The notes beneath the pieces are model-generated. The model ran no database searches. It was not told where the DNA came from and saw only the letters and a list, made by a program, of their open reading frames with translations. Below, in pieces: positions 54,078 through 62,270 of a DNA stretch of 64,000 bases (the first letter of the stretch is position 1; each line of letters starts with the position of its first letter). The stretch lies in the NCBI GenBank assembly GCA_963698025.1, contig OY969112.1, forward strand, positions 6,629,101-6,693,100. The letters run 5' to 3'. The position numbers and the translations under genes were made by a program. This DNA is from an uncultured Acidobacteriota bacterium. Lineage in GTDB: Bacteria; Acidobacteriota; Thermoanaerobaculia; Multivoradales; UBA5704.

Positions 54078-54521
54078 ATGCGGCAGGACGGATCAGGACC
54101 TCGACGAGCTCACGGCCTTCTCGCCCTGCTCCTGCTCGCCGGCTGCGGCACGGTGAAGAGCCCCACCGAGCCGCCACTTCCGGCCGGAGGGGGCACGGCG
54201 CTCACCTTCACGCAGATCCAGGGGCAGATTTTCACGCCGGTCTGCGCCAAGGCCGGATGCCACGCCGCCGGCTCGGCGCCGTCCGGCCTGGTGCTGGACG
54301 CCGGCCAGAGCTACGGCAACCTGGTCGGCCACGCCGCCAGCGAGAACAGCGCGCTGGCCCGGGTCGCGCCAGGGAATCCGGACGCGAGCTACATCCTCCG
54401 GAAGCTCCGTGGCGATCCCGACATCACGGGGGAGCGGATGCCTCTCGGCGGCCCCTACCTCAGCGCCGACCAGATCGCGGGGATCGCGGCCTGGATCCGC
54501 GCCGGCGCTCCGAACAACTAG
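54078..54521 (+). CDS. Lipoprotein with a PSCyt1-like cytochrome c domain and an unusual CX4CH heme-binding-like motif
   Basis: LLALLLLAGCG lipobox. FTQIQGQIFTPVCAKAGCHAAG...GLVLD...VAPGNPDASYILRKL...MPLGG...QIAGIAAWIRAGAPNN follows the Planctomycete-type cytochrome c domain pattern, except CxxCH is replaced by C-AKAG-CH. Confidence 0.5.
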   Translation: MRQDGSGPRRAHGLLALLLLAGCGTVKSPTEPPLPAGGGTALTFTQIQGQIFTPVCAKAGCHAAGSAPSGLVLDAGQSYGNLVGHAASENSALARVAPGNPDASYILRKLRGDPDITGERMPLGGPYLSADQIAGIAAWIRAGAPNN

Positions 54522-54552
54522 GAAACCATTAGGAAAATCATTGGGAGAACGG

Positions 54553-55383
54553 ATGCGAACGATCGTCCCCACGGCCCTGCTGATCTCCCTGCTCCTCGCC
54601 GGTGGTCCCGCGGTGGCCCAGGGCGCCGGGCCGTACGAGCCCGTCCGCCGCGACCCGCTGGGCACGATCCTGATCGACGGCGCGACCCCGTATACGCTGG
54701 GGTCGCGGCGGCTGGAGGTGCTGTTCACCCACCGCTTCCAGCAGCCGGTCAACAACGGCGGCGACTCCCACAACCTCTGGGGGCTGGACAGCGGCGCCGA
54801 CGTCGGCATCGGCCTCGCCTGGGGAGCGACCGACCGTCTCGACCTCTCGCTCTACCGCGCCTCGTTCCAGGAGGACTTCGAGCTGGCCGGCAAGCTCCTC
54901 GTCTTCGAGCAGGCCCCCCGCCTGCCGTTGACCTTCGCCGTGCGCGCGGGAGCCGACCTCCTGAGACGGCCGGGAGTGGAAGACCGCAGCCGCCCCTTCG
55001 TCCAGATCCTGCTGGCCCGCAAGCTCGCCCCGGGGATCAACCTCCTCGTCTCCCCCTCCTGGGTGGGCGATACGCCGCGCCTGAAGAACGCCTTCAACGT
55101 TCCGCTCGGGCTCACCTTCCCGCTCCCGGGCGAGCAGCTGCTCGAGATCGAGTACATCCCCGCCAACCGGGACCTGAAAGACAGCCTCGACGCCTGGCAC
55201 GCCGCCCTCTCCAAGAAGGTGGGGGGGCACATCTTCGAGATCGTCCTCGGCAACTCGCGCGCCAGCACGGTCGACCAGATGCTGGGCGGCGACTCCGCCG
55301 CCGGCTTCGAGAAGCGGGACGTCCGCCTCGGCTTCAACATCATCCGCGATTTCAGCTTCGGCGGCGCTAGCATCCCGCACTAG
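54553..55383 (+). CDS. Hypothetical secreted protein (276 aa)
   Basis: Start at internal Met 49 (MRTIVPTALLISLLLAGGPAVAQGA, a signal peptide) with a GGGAGA Shine-Dalgarno sequence. No domain recognised. Confidence 0.5.
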   Translation: MRTIVPTALLISLLLAGGPAVAQGAGPYEPVRRDPLGTILIDGATPYTLGSRRLEVLFTHRFQQPVNNGGDSHNLWGLDSGADVGIGLAWGATDRLDLSLYRASFQEDFELAGKLLVFEQAPRLPLTFAVRAGADLLRRPGVEDRSRPFVQILLARKLAPGINLLVSPSWVGDTPRLKNAFNVPLGLTFPLPGEQLLEIEYIPANRDLKDSLDAWHAALSKKVGGHIFEIVLGNSRASTVDQMLGGDSAAGFEKRDVRLGFNIIRDFSFGGASIPH

Positions 55384-55398
55384 CGTCGACCGCTGAAA

Positions 55399-55479
55399 GG
55401 GCGACCGCAGGTCGCCCCTACAACCTCCGGCGGACCCTCAGCGTGAGGCCAAGGTTGTAGGGGCGACCTGCGGTCGCCC
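55399..55479. repeat. REP-like element family 1, inverted pair with a central small hairpin
   Basis: gggcgaccgcaggtcgcccctaca (55399-55422) ... cctcagcgtgagg ... tgtaggggcgacctgcggtcgccc (55456-55479). Same family as 30270-30336 and 31034. Confidence 0.7.
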
Positions 55480-55513
55480 TTCCCCGGCACACCTTTCGCA
55501 ATGCCCTCGCCGC

Positions 55514-56284
55514 ATGGCCGATCTCCGCCTGCGGGTGATGTCCTACAACGTCGGGGGGCATGGCGCGCGGTGGTCGCGGCGGCACGTGGAGCGCCTGGCG
55601 AAGACGATCTCCGAGGCCGGGCCCGACGTGGTGGGGCTGCAGGAGGTCCACCGCGGCACCCGGCAGTCCCGGCTCGAGGACCAGGCCGAGGCGCTCGGCC
55701 GCCTGACCGGGATGGCGGTCCACTTCGGCAAGAGCTTCGCCATGGACGGCGGCGGCGAGTTCGGCAACGCCGTGCTCACCCGCGGCGAGCTGCGCTCCGC
55801 GGTGATCCACCCGCTCCCCGGACCCGGCGAGCCGCGGACGCTCCTCCACACCCGCGTCGCGCTGGCGGGCTCCGAGATCCACTTCTACGTCACCCACCTC
55901 GCCGCCTGGGGGCGGTGGGGGAGAGCGGCACGGAGTGTGCAAATTGGAGGACTCGTCGAGCAGCTCAAGCAGTCTGAAGGACCCTTTGTCATGGTGGGGG
56001 ACCTGAACGCCCCTCCGAACGCCCCGGAGATCGGGACCCTGATGGCCGCCGAGCTGTTCCGGATGTGTGGCGACGACGTTGCATTTACCCATCGGTACAT
56101 GCGGCAGCGTATCGACTACATCTTCGCCGACCCCGGCTGGACGACCGCCTCGTATCAGGTGATCCGGCAGGGACCCTCGGATCACTGGCCCGTGCTGGTC
56201 GAGATGTGCCGGCAGGCCGGGAGCGAAGAGGCAGGAGCGCTGACCGGGAGGTCGAGAGATGAGTCTTCCGCCCCGCGGGAGTGA
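55514..56284 (+). CDS. Endonuclease/exonuclease/phosphatase (EEP) family protein
   Basis: LRVMSYNVGGHG ... VVGLQEV ... GEFGNAVLTR ... VGDLNAP ... GPSDHWPVLVEM has the EEP catalytic motifs. Confidence 0.8.
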   Translation: MADLRLRVMSYNVGGHGARWSRRHVERLAKTISEAGPDVVGLQEVHRGTRQSRLEDQAEALGRLTGMAVHFGKSFAMDGGGEFGNAVLTRGELRSAVIHPLPGPGEPRTLLHTRVALAGSEIHFYVTHLAAWGRWGRAARSVQIGGLVEQLKQSEGPFVMVGDLNAPPNAPEIGTLMAAELFRMCGDDVAFTHRYMRQRIDYIFADPGWTTASYQVIRQGPSDHWPVLVEMCRQAGSEEAGALTGRSRDESSAPRE

Positions 56285-57617
56285 TGAGAAGAAGTCCCGG
56301 AAAGCCGGGAAGGTGGCGAATTCCCGTCCGATGCGATGGGCGGCCCGCAAGATCGAGGTCTCGCATCTGGAGGTGGTCCTCTGCGCCTTCCTCGTGCTCT
56401 TCATGTTCCTCATGATCTGGTCGATCCTGCACGAGCGCCAGTCGCACGTGCGCGTGCCGGACATCGCCCGGTTCGAGGAGGCCCTGCCGTCGATCGCCAA
56501 CCTCGGCGGCTCGCCGATCCTGGCGGGCAACGCCGTCCGGCTGCTGCAGAACGGCGACGGCTTCTTCCCCCCCTTCCTGGCCGACGTCGCGGCGGCCCGC
56601 GCCAGCATCCACCTCGAGACCTACGTCTGGTGGCAGGGGGAGATCTGCGAGCGCGTCGCCCGGGCGCTCGCCGGCAAGGCGCGCCAGGGGGTCGAGGTCC
56701 GCGTCACCCTCGACGCCACCGGCTCCCACCGGGGGGACGACAAGCTGTTCGACATGATGAAAGACGCGGGGGTGAAGATCGCCCTCTATCACCCCTTCCG
56801 GCCGCGGGACCTCGGGCTGCTCAACAACCGCACCCACCGGAAGCTGGCCATCTTCGACGGCAAGGTGGCCTACGTCTTCGGCCACGGCATCGCCGAGGAG
56901 TGGACCGGCAACGGCCAGGACGCCAAGCACTGGCGCGACAGCGGCGCGCGCCTCGAGGGGCCGATCGTCAACAGCGTCCAGGCCGTCTTCGCCCAGAACT
57001 GGATCGACGAGACCGGCGAGGTGCTGGCGGGGGAGAAGTACTTTCCGCACCTCGCGGCCGCCGGAACGGTGCGCGCGCACATGGTGGCGAGCGCCCCGCG
57101 CGGCGGCGTCTCCGAGATGGAGCTGATCGACAAGCTGGCGATCGCCACGGCGCAGAAGGAGCTGATCATCTCGAACCCCTACTTCATCCCCGACCAGGAA
57201 CTGGTGGACCTGATCACCAACGCCGTCCAGCGCGGGGTGCGGGTACGCCTGATGATCCCCGGGCAGATCACCGACAGCGCGGTGGTCCGCCACGCCGGCC
57301 ACAAGCAGTTCCAGGCCCTGCTCGACAAAGGGGTGGAGATCTATGAGTTCGAGCCCACCCTCAGCCATCAGAAGATCATGATCATCGACGGCCTCTGGTC
57401 GTTCGTCGGCTCGACCAACTTCGACGACCGCTCGCTCGACACCAACGACGAGGCGAGCGTCGGCCTGATCGACCGCCAGGTCGCCGGCGAGCTCAAGGCG
57501 GCCTTCGAGGCCGACCTCGCGCGCTGCCAGCGGCTGGACGCCCGCACCTGGAGCCAGCGCTCCCTCTGGCACAAGTTCGAGGACAGCGCCTCGTACCTGC
57601 TCAACGAGCAACTCTGA
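56259..57617 (+). CDS. cls: Cardiolipin synthase (PLD superfamily), copy 1
   Basis: N-terminal TM helix, then two HKD motifs (THRKLAIFDG; SHQKIMIIDGLWSFVGSTNFDDRS). An alternative start at 56331 (MRWAARKIEV) avoids the 26-nt overlap with the EEP gene. Confidence 0.85.
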   Translation: MSLPPRGSDEKKSRKAGKVANSRPMRWAARKIEVSHLEVVLCAFLVLFMFLMIWSILHERQSHVRVPDIARFEEALPSIANLGGSPILAGNAVRLLQNGDGFFPPFLADVAAARASIHLETYVWWQGEICERVARALAGKARQGVEVRVTLDATGSHRGDDKLFDMMKDAGVKIALYHPFRPRDLGLLNNRTHRKLAIFDGKVAYVFGHGIAEEWTGNGQDAKHWRDSGARLEGPIVNSVQAVFAQNWIDETGEVLAGEKYFPHLAAAGTVRAHMVASAPRGGVSEMELIDKLAIATAQKELIISNPYFIPDQELVDLITNAVQRGVRVRLMIPGQITDSAVVRHAGHKQFQALLDKGVEIYEFEPTLSHQKIMIIDGLWSFVGSTNFDDRSLDTNDEASVGLIDRQVAGELKAAFEADLARCQRLDARTWSQRSLWHKFEDSASYLLNEQL

Positions 57618-57636
57618 GACCTGGACCGAATACGGC

Positions 57637-58905
57637 ATGATCGAAATCCATCTCTGGCTGTTCATCGCGCTGATCCTGGTCATCCTCTTGCTGGGGACGA
57701 TGCTGTGGAACAACCTGCGCGAGCGGAAGTTCCACCTCCGCGTGCCCGACCTCGACTGCTTCGAGCAGGCCCTCCCCTCGATCGCCGGCATGACCAAGGC
57801 CATTCTGATGGACGGCAACCGCGCCGAGATCGTCCAGAACGGCGAGCTCTTCACCGCGCTCCTCGAATCGATCGCCGCGGCCAAGGTGACGATCAACTTC
57901 GAGACCTACGTCTGGTGGACCGGCGACATCTGCGCCCAACTCGCGGAGGCCTTCGCCGCCCGGGCTCGCGATGGGCTCGAGGTGCGGGTGATGGTCGACG
58001 CCATGGGCGCGAAGAAGATGAAGCCCCGGCTGCGGAAGCTGATGACGGAGGCGGGGGTCACGCTGGTCCGCTACCATCCTCTCCGCCTGAAAGACATCGG
58101 CCAGCTCAACAAGCGCACCCACCGCAAGCTCGCCGTCTTCGACGGCATCACGGCCTACATCTGCGGCCACGGCGTGGCCAGCCAGTGGACCGGCAATGCC
58201 GAGGACAAAAGACACTGGCGCGACACCGGCGTGCGGCTCCACGGGCCGGTGGTCAACGCCGTGCAGTCGGTCTTCACTCAGCACTGGGTCGAGGAGACCG
58301 GCGAGGTGCTGGTGGGGGAGAAGTACTTCCCGGCCATCGAGCTGCAGGGGGAGCTGAAGATGCACGTCCTCGCCGGCGCCCCGCTCGGCGGCGTCTCCGA
58401 CCTCGAGCTGATGTTCAAGATGTCGCTCGCCACCGCGCAGAAAGAGATCGTGATCCAGAACCCCTACTTCATCGCCGACGAGCAGACGACGTCGCTCCTC
58501 AAGCGCGCGGTCAAGCGCGGGGTGGAGGTGAAGATCATGGTGCCCGGCCAGGTCACCGACAGCCCGATCGTCAACCACGCCGGCCACCGCCACTTCAGCG
58601 AGATGCTCAACGCCGGGGTGAGGATCTTCTGTTTCGAACGGACGATGATCCATCAGAAGATCATGATCATCGACGGTCTCTGGTCGCACGTCGGCTCGAC
58701 GAACCTCGACTCCCGCTCCTTCAACATCAACGAGGAGGCCGGCGTCGGCATCATCGACGAGGGGATCGCCGCCGAGCTCAAGGCCGCCTTCGAGAACGAC
58801 CTCGAGGACTGCCAGGAGATGAAGGCCGAGGCCTGGGACCACAAGTACCATCTCTGGCACCGGACGCTCGACCGCGCGTGCTACCTGCTCAGCGGCCAGC
58901 TCTGA
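57637..58905 (+). CDS. cls: Cardiolipin synthase (PLD superfamily), copy 2 (tandem paralog)
   Basis: MIEIHLWLFIALILVILLLG (TM helix), then HKD motifs (THRKLAVFDG; IHQKIMIIDGLWSHVGSTNLDSRS). Collinear with copy 1 throughout, at about 60% identity by eye. Confidence 0.9.
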   Translation: MIEIHLWLFIALILVILLLGTMLWNNLRERKFHLRVPDLDCFEQALPSIAGMTKAILMDGNRAEIVQNGELFTALLESIAAAKVTINFETYVWWTGDICAQLAEAFAARARDGLEVRVMVDAMGAKKMKPRLRKLMTEAGVTLVRYHPLRLKDIGQLNKRTHRKLAVFDGITAYICGHGVASQWTGNAEDKRHWRDTGVRLHGPVVNAVQSVFTQHWVEETGEVLVGEKYFPAIELQGELKMHVLAGAPLGGVSDLELMFKMSLATAQKEIVIQNPYFIADEQTTSLLKRAVKRGVEVKIMVPGQVTDSPIVNHAGHRHFSEMLNAGVRIFCFERTMIHQKIMIIDGLWSHVGSTNLDSRSFNINEEAGVGIIDEGIAAELKAAFENDLEDCQEMKAEAWDHKYHLWHRTLDRACYLLSGQL

Positions 58906-58942
58906 TGGCTTTGCCGCCGGCCGCCGGCTATCATGTGCCGCC

Positions 58943-59509
58943 ATGGCCTGGATCCGCACCGTCGCGCCGGGAGAAGCCACCGGCCTGCTGAAGCGCCTCT
59001 ACGGCGAGGCCGTGGCGCGGGCGGGGAAGGTGTTCAACGTCCTGCGCATCCAGAGCCTCCGGCCGGAGGTTCTGCGGGCGGGCATCGCCCTCTACAAGGA
59101 GCTGATGCACTCGCCGCGCAGCCCGTTGAGCCGGGCGCAGCGGGAGATGATCGCGGTCGCCGTCTCCCGCGCCAACGGCTGCCACTACTGAACCGGCTCG
59201 CATGCGGACGACCTCCGGGTAGAGGTCGCGGATCAGGGTGAAAGCGGGGAGGCGCTGGTGGCGGCGGTGAAAGACGATTACCGCCAGGCGGAGCTGACCG
59301 CCGCCGACCGCGCCATGCTCGACTTCGCCGTCAAGCTGGCCGGCGACCCCCGCGCGATGACCCGCGGCGACGTCGAGGCCCTGCGCGCCGCCGGCCTCAG
59401 CGATACGGCGATCCACGACGTGGTCCAGATCACCGGTTTCTTCTCCTACTACAACCGGCTTGCCGACGGGCTGGGGATCGACCCCGAGCCACCAGCGCCT
59501 GAAGGCTGA
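58943..59509 (+). CDS. Carboxymuconolactone decarboxylase/AhpD-like protein interrupted by a single in-frame TGA (59189-59191) at the second Cys of the CxxC motif. Candidate selenoprotein (Sec read-through); alternatively a nonsense pseudogene.
   Basis: ORFs 58943..59191 and 59258..59509 are in the same frame, separated only by the TGA. The joined translation is ...MIAVAVSRANGCHY[TGA]TGSHADDLRVEVADQGESGEALVAAVKDDYRQAELTAADRAMLDFAVKLAGDP..., i.e. NGC-HY-U-TGS-H against the family motif NGCxYCxxxH (AhpD Cys-x-x-Cys...His). Confidence 0.5.
59209..59228 (+). other. Candidate bacterial SECIS-like hairpin 17 nt downstream of the in-frame UGA
   Basis: CGACCUC-CGGGUA-GAGGUCG: a 7-bp stem with a 6-nt apical loop containing GGGU. 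The position (17 nt after UGA) is within the range reported for bacterial SECIS elements. Confidence 0.3.
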
Positions 59510-59635
59510 TCCGTCCGGCTGGGAGGACGGTAGTGGCCTGGATTGGACACAGGTCCCGTCGAGTCCCCCCGCGCCGGCCGCGGGAATGAATTTTGCGAAG
59601 GAAGGGGGAGTCACCTTTTACAAAAGGAGGGGTCG

Positions 59636-61234
59636 ATGCCGGTCTCGCTTCGTTCGGGTACCTCCAGCGTGCTGGCCTTCGCCTGCGCCCTGGCCTTCGT
59701 CCCTGGAGCTTTCGGACAGGTCAACCCGCCGGAGCCCCCGAGGATCGCCGCCGGTGAAGCGGTCAACGTCGAGGTCAAGATCGTCCCCTTCTATGCCGTC
59801 GACGCCAAGGGGGATCCCGTCTACGACCTCAAGCCCGAAGAGGTCGAGCTGCGGGTGGGAGGGGCGACCGTTCCGACCGAGTCCCTGGACCGCTACGCGC
59901 TCTCCCCCTCCGGGCGCGCCGGTGCTCAGGCGTCTCCGCTGACGCCGACCCCCTCGCGGACCGTCTTTTTCCTCTTCGACCTGGCGTTCTCTTCGCCCAC
60001 CGGCTTCAACACGGACAAGCGGCTCGCCGCCCGGCTGGTCCAGAGCTGGCCCACCGGCGACCGGCTCTTCCTGATCGTTCACGGCACCCGGGCGGGCATG
60101 GAACGGCGGCTGGGCCCGGTGCCGCCCGACGCCGCAGGGAAGAAGGAGCTCCTCGCCGCCATCGAGGCCCTCGAGCCGGAGATCAAGCGCGTCGAGCTGC
60201 AGGCAAATCCGACCGCCGATTTCGGCCCCCCTGCCGGGAAGAATCCGGAATACGTGATGTACTCCGCCTTCGACGGCATCCAGGGGACCATGCGCGGCGA
60301 GTACCACAACGTGGCTCGGGATCTCGCGAGCTCGCTCGGGGATTTCGCCTCCGAACTGCGCGGGATCTCCGGACCCAAGCTGCTGATGCTCTTCTCGCAG
60401 GGGGTGGACGACAGCCTCTACTTCAAGGGGGACGAGGCGAGCGGCAGCGAAGAGAGCGCCGCGATGGCCGAATGGCGCTCGCCGCCGCTGGTGGACCGGT
60501 TCCGGGATCCGCTCACCGCCATCGCCGAGTCGGGCACGGTGGCCCTGCTGGTCAACACCGACCGCGGCAAGAGGGCCGACGCCGACGCGGTCCTCCGCCA
60601 CATGGCGAAGACCACGGGCGGCCTGTACGTCGAGGGACGGGACCCGAGGGATCTCGAAAAGCGCATCGCCGGCTCGACCACGGCCTACTACGAGGCGGCC
60701 TTCCATCCCTCGGCTCTGCTGCTGCGGAAGACCCGCGCCGAGGTGGAAGTCGTCATTCGCCGGCCAGGGGTCCGGGCCTGGGCACCTGCCGCGGTAGCGA
60801 CGCGGGAGTCCTACCGGACGTTGAGCGCCTTCGAGAAGCGGCGGCTGGTGATCGACCTCGTCGCCGGTGGCGCCGAAGCCCAGCACGCCCACGGCTCGGT
60901 GCGGCTGAACGTCCAGGAGCTCGGCGGCAAGGTCGTCGGCCGGCAGGAGTCCGGGCAGTCCCGGCTGCATTTCCAGGCGGATTGGCCGGCGAGCCTCGCG
61001 GCCCGCCCGCTCGATCTCTACAACGTCCTGCTGGCGCCTCCCGAAGGGGGGAACAAGGGGAAGGTCCTCCGCTTCGACCGGCGGGAGGGGACCATGGCCG
61101 CCGAGCGCGGCGGGCTCGAAACCGCGCTGGAAGAAGGGCAGGGCGCCCTGGTCTGGGGGATTCTCGCCGTCGATCCCGAGACCGAGCAGGCCTGGGTCCG
61201 CCGGCTGATGCTCAGGGCCGGATCACCACCTTGA
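59636..61234 (+). CDS. Hypothetical secreted protein (possibly a VWA-like fold)
   Basis: Start at internal Met 32 (MPVSLRSGTSSVLAFACALAFVPGAFGQ, a signal peptide) with an AAGGAGGGG Shine-Dalgarno sequence. TVFFLFDLAFSSPTGF resembles a degenerate MIDAS-containing beta-strand. The domain call is weak. Confidence 0.45.
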   Translation: MPVSLRSGTSSVLAFACALAFVPGAFGQVNPPEPPRIAAGEAVNVEVKIVPFYAVDAKGDPVYDLKPEEVELRVGGATVPTESLDRYALSPSGRAGAQASPLTPTPSRTVFFLFDLAFSSPTGFNTDKRLAARLVQSWPTGDRLFLIVHGTRAGMERRLGPVPPDAAGKKELLAAIEALEPEIKRVELQANPTADFGPPAGKNPEYVMYSAFDGIQGTMRGEYHNVARDLASSLGDFASELRGISGPKLLMLFSQGVDDSLYFKGDEASGSEESAAMAEWRSPPLVDRFRDPLTAIAESGTVALLVNTDRGKRADADAVLRHMAKTTGGLYVEGRDPRDLEKRIAGSTTAYYEAAFHPSALLLRKTRAEVEVVIRRPGVRAWAPAAVATRESYRTLSAFEKRRLVIDLVAGGAEAQHAHGSVRLNVQELGGKVVGRQESGQSRLHFQADWPASLAARPLDLYNVLLAPPEGGNKGKVLRFDRREGTMAAERGGLETALEEGQGALVWGILAVDPETEQAWVRRLMLRAGSPP

Positions 61235-62270
61235 GCGCCTCCCGCCGCCGCATGCTGCGCAAAGCGGCTTCGAGCTCGGCCAAGGGGCGCTCGGCGGAGA
61301 GCAGGGCCTCGGGGTGGAGCGTGCCACCCGCCAGCAGGTCCAGCGCGCGCCGGAAGGTCGACGGGCGGTGGTGGTAGGCGCTCTTGACCGTGATCTCGGA
61401 GTAGTGGAGGCGGTGGGCGTCCAGCGGCACGGTGGTGCCGGGCGGGCAGCCGCCGAAGAGCTGGACGAGGCCGCCGGGGCGCACCGAGGCGAGGGCGTCC
61501 TGCCAAGCGGCGGGGGAGCCGGTCGCCTCGATCGCGATGTCGAAGCCGTCGCCGTTGCGCGAGCGGCGGCAGAGCCGGGCCGCCTCGCCGCCGTCGCGGC
61601 CGACCTGGACGGTGGCGTGCGCGCCGAGCGTCCGGCCGACCTCCAGGCGCCAGGGATTGGGGTCCGCCAGCACGATGTGGTGCTCGCCGGCGGCGGGAAA
61701 GTCGACGGGGGAGCTGGCGAGCACGTCCACGAACAGCAGGCCGATCGGGCCGCCGCCGTAGATCACCACCTCCGAGGCCCGCTCCAGCCCCGAGATCTCG
61801 AGGCCGTGCAGCACGCAGGCGAGCGGCTCGGCCAGCGCGGCGATCTCGAACGGCAGGGCGGCGGGCAGCCGGTAGGTGCTCACACTTGCGAAGCGGCGAG
61901 GGATGAGCAGGTACTCGGAGAAGGCGCCGTTCAGATACTGCAGACGCGAGCAGAGATTCTCCCGCCCGCGGGAGCACCATTCGCAGTCGCCGCACGGCGC
62001 GGAGTTGGCCACCACCACGCGGTCCCCCGGCCGCCATTCCTCGACGTCCATGCCGACAGAGGTGATGGTCCCCGCCATCTCGTGCCCGAACGGAGTCGGA
62101 GCCTTCAGCATGCGGGGGTGGCCGCCGCGCTGGAACACCTTGAGGTCGGTGCCGCAGGTGGTGGCGGCGCCGACGCGCAGCAGCAGCTCCCCCTCGCCCG
62201 GCTCCGGCACCGGCACCTCACGCAGCTCCAGCCGCTCCGGGCCGATCAGGAACGCGGTGGTCTGGGTCAC
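61212..62270 (-). CDS. Zn-dependent medium-chain alcohol dehydrogenase (MDR family)
   Basis: GAATTCGTDLKVFQRG...FGHEMAGTI...CGDCEWCSRGRENLC...VIYGGGPIGLL; catalytic and structural Zn ligands plus a Rossmann GxGxxG. Confidence 0.85.
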   Translation of the reverse strand: MTQTTAFLIGPERLELREVPVPEPGEGELLLRVGAATTCGTDLKVFQRGGHPRMLKAPTPFGHEMAGTITSVGMDVEEWRPGDRVVVANSAPCGDCEWCSRGRENLCSRLQYLNGAFSEYLLIPRRFASVSTYRLPAALPFEIAALAEPLACVLHGLEISGLERASEVVIYGGGPIGLLFVDVLASSPVDFPAAGEHHIVLADPNPWRLEVGRTLGAHATVQVGRDGGEAARLCRRSRNGDGFDIAIEATGSPAAWQDALASVRPGGLVQLFGGCPPGTTVPLDAHRLHYSEITVKSAYHHRPSTFRRALDLLAGGTLHPEALLSAERPLAELEAALRSMRRREALKVVIRP

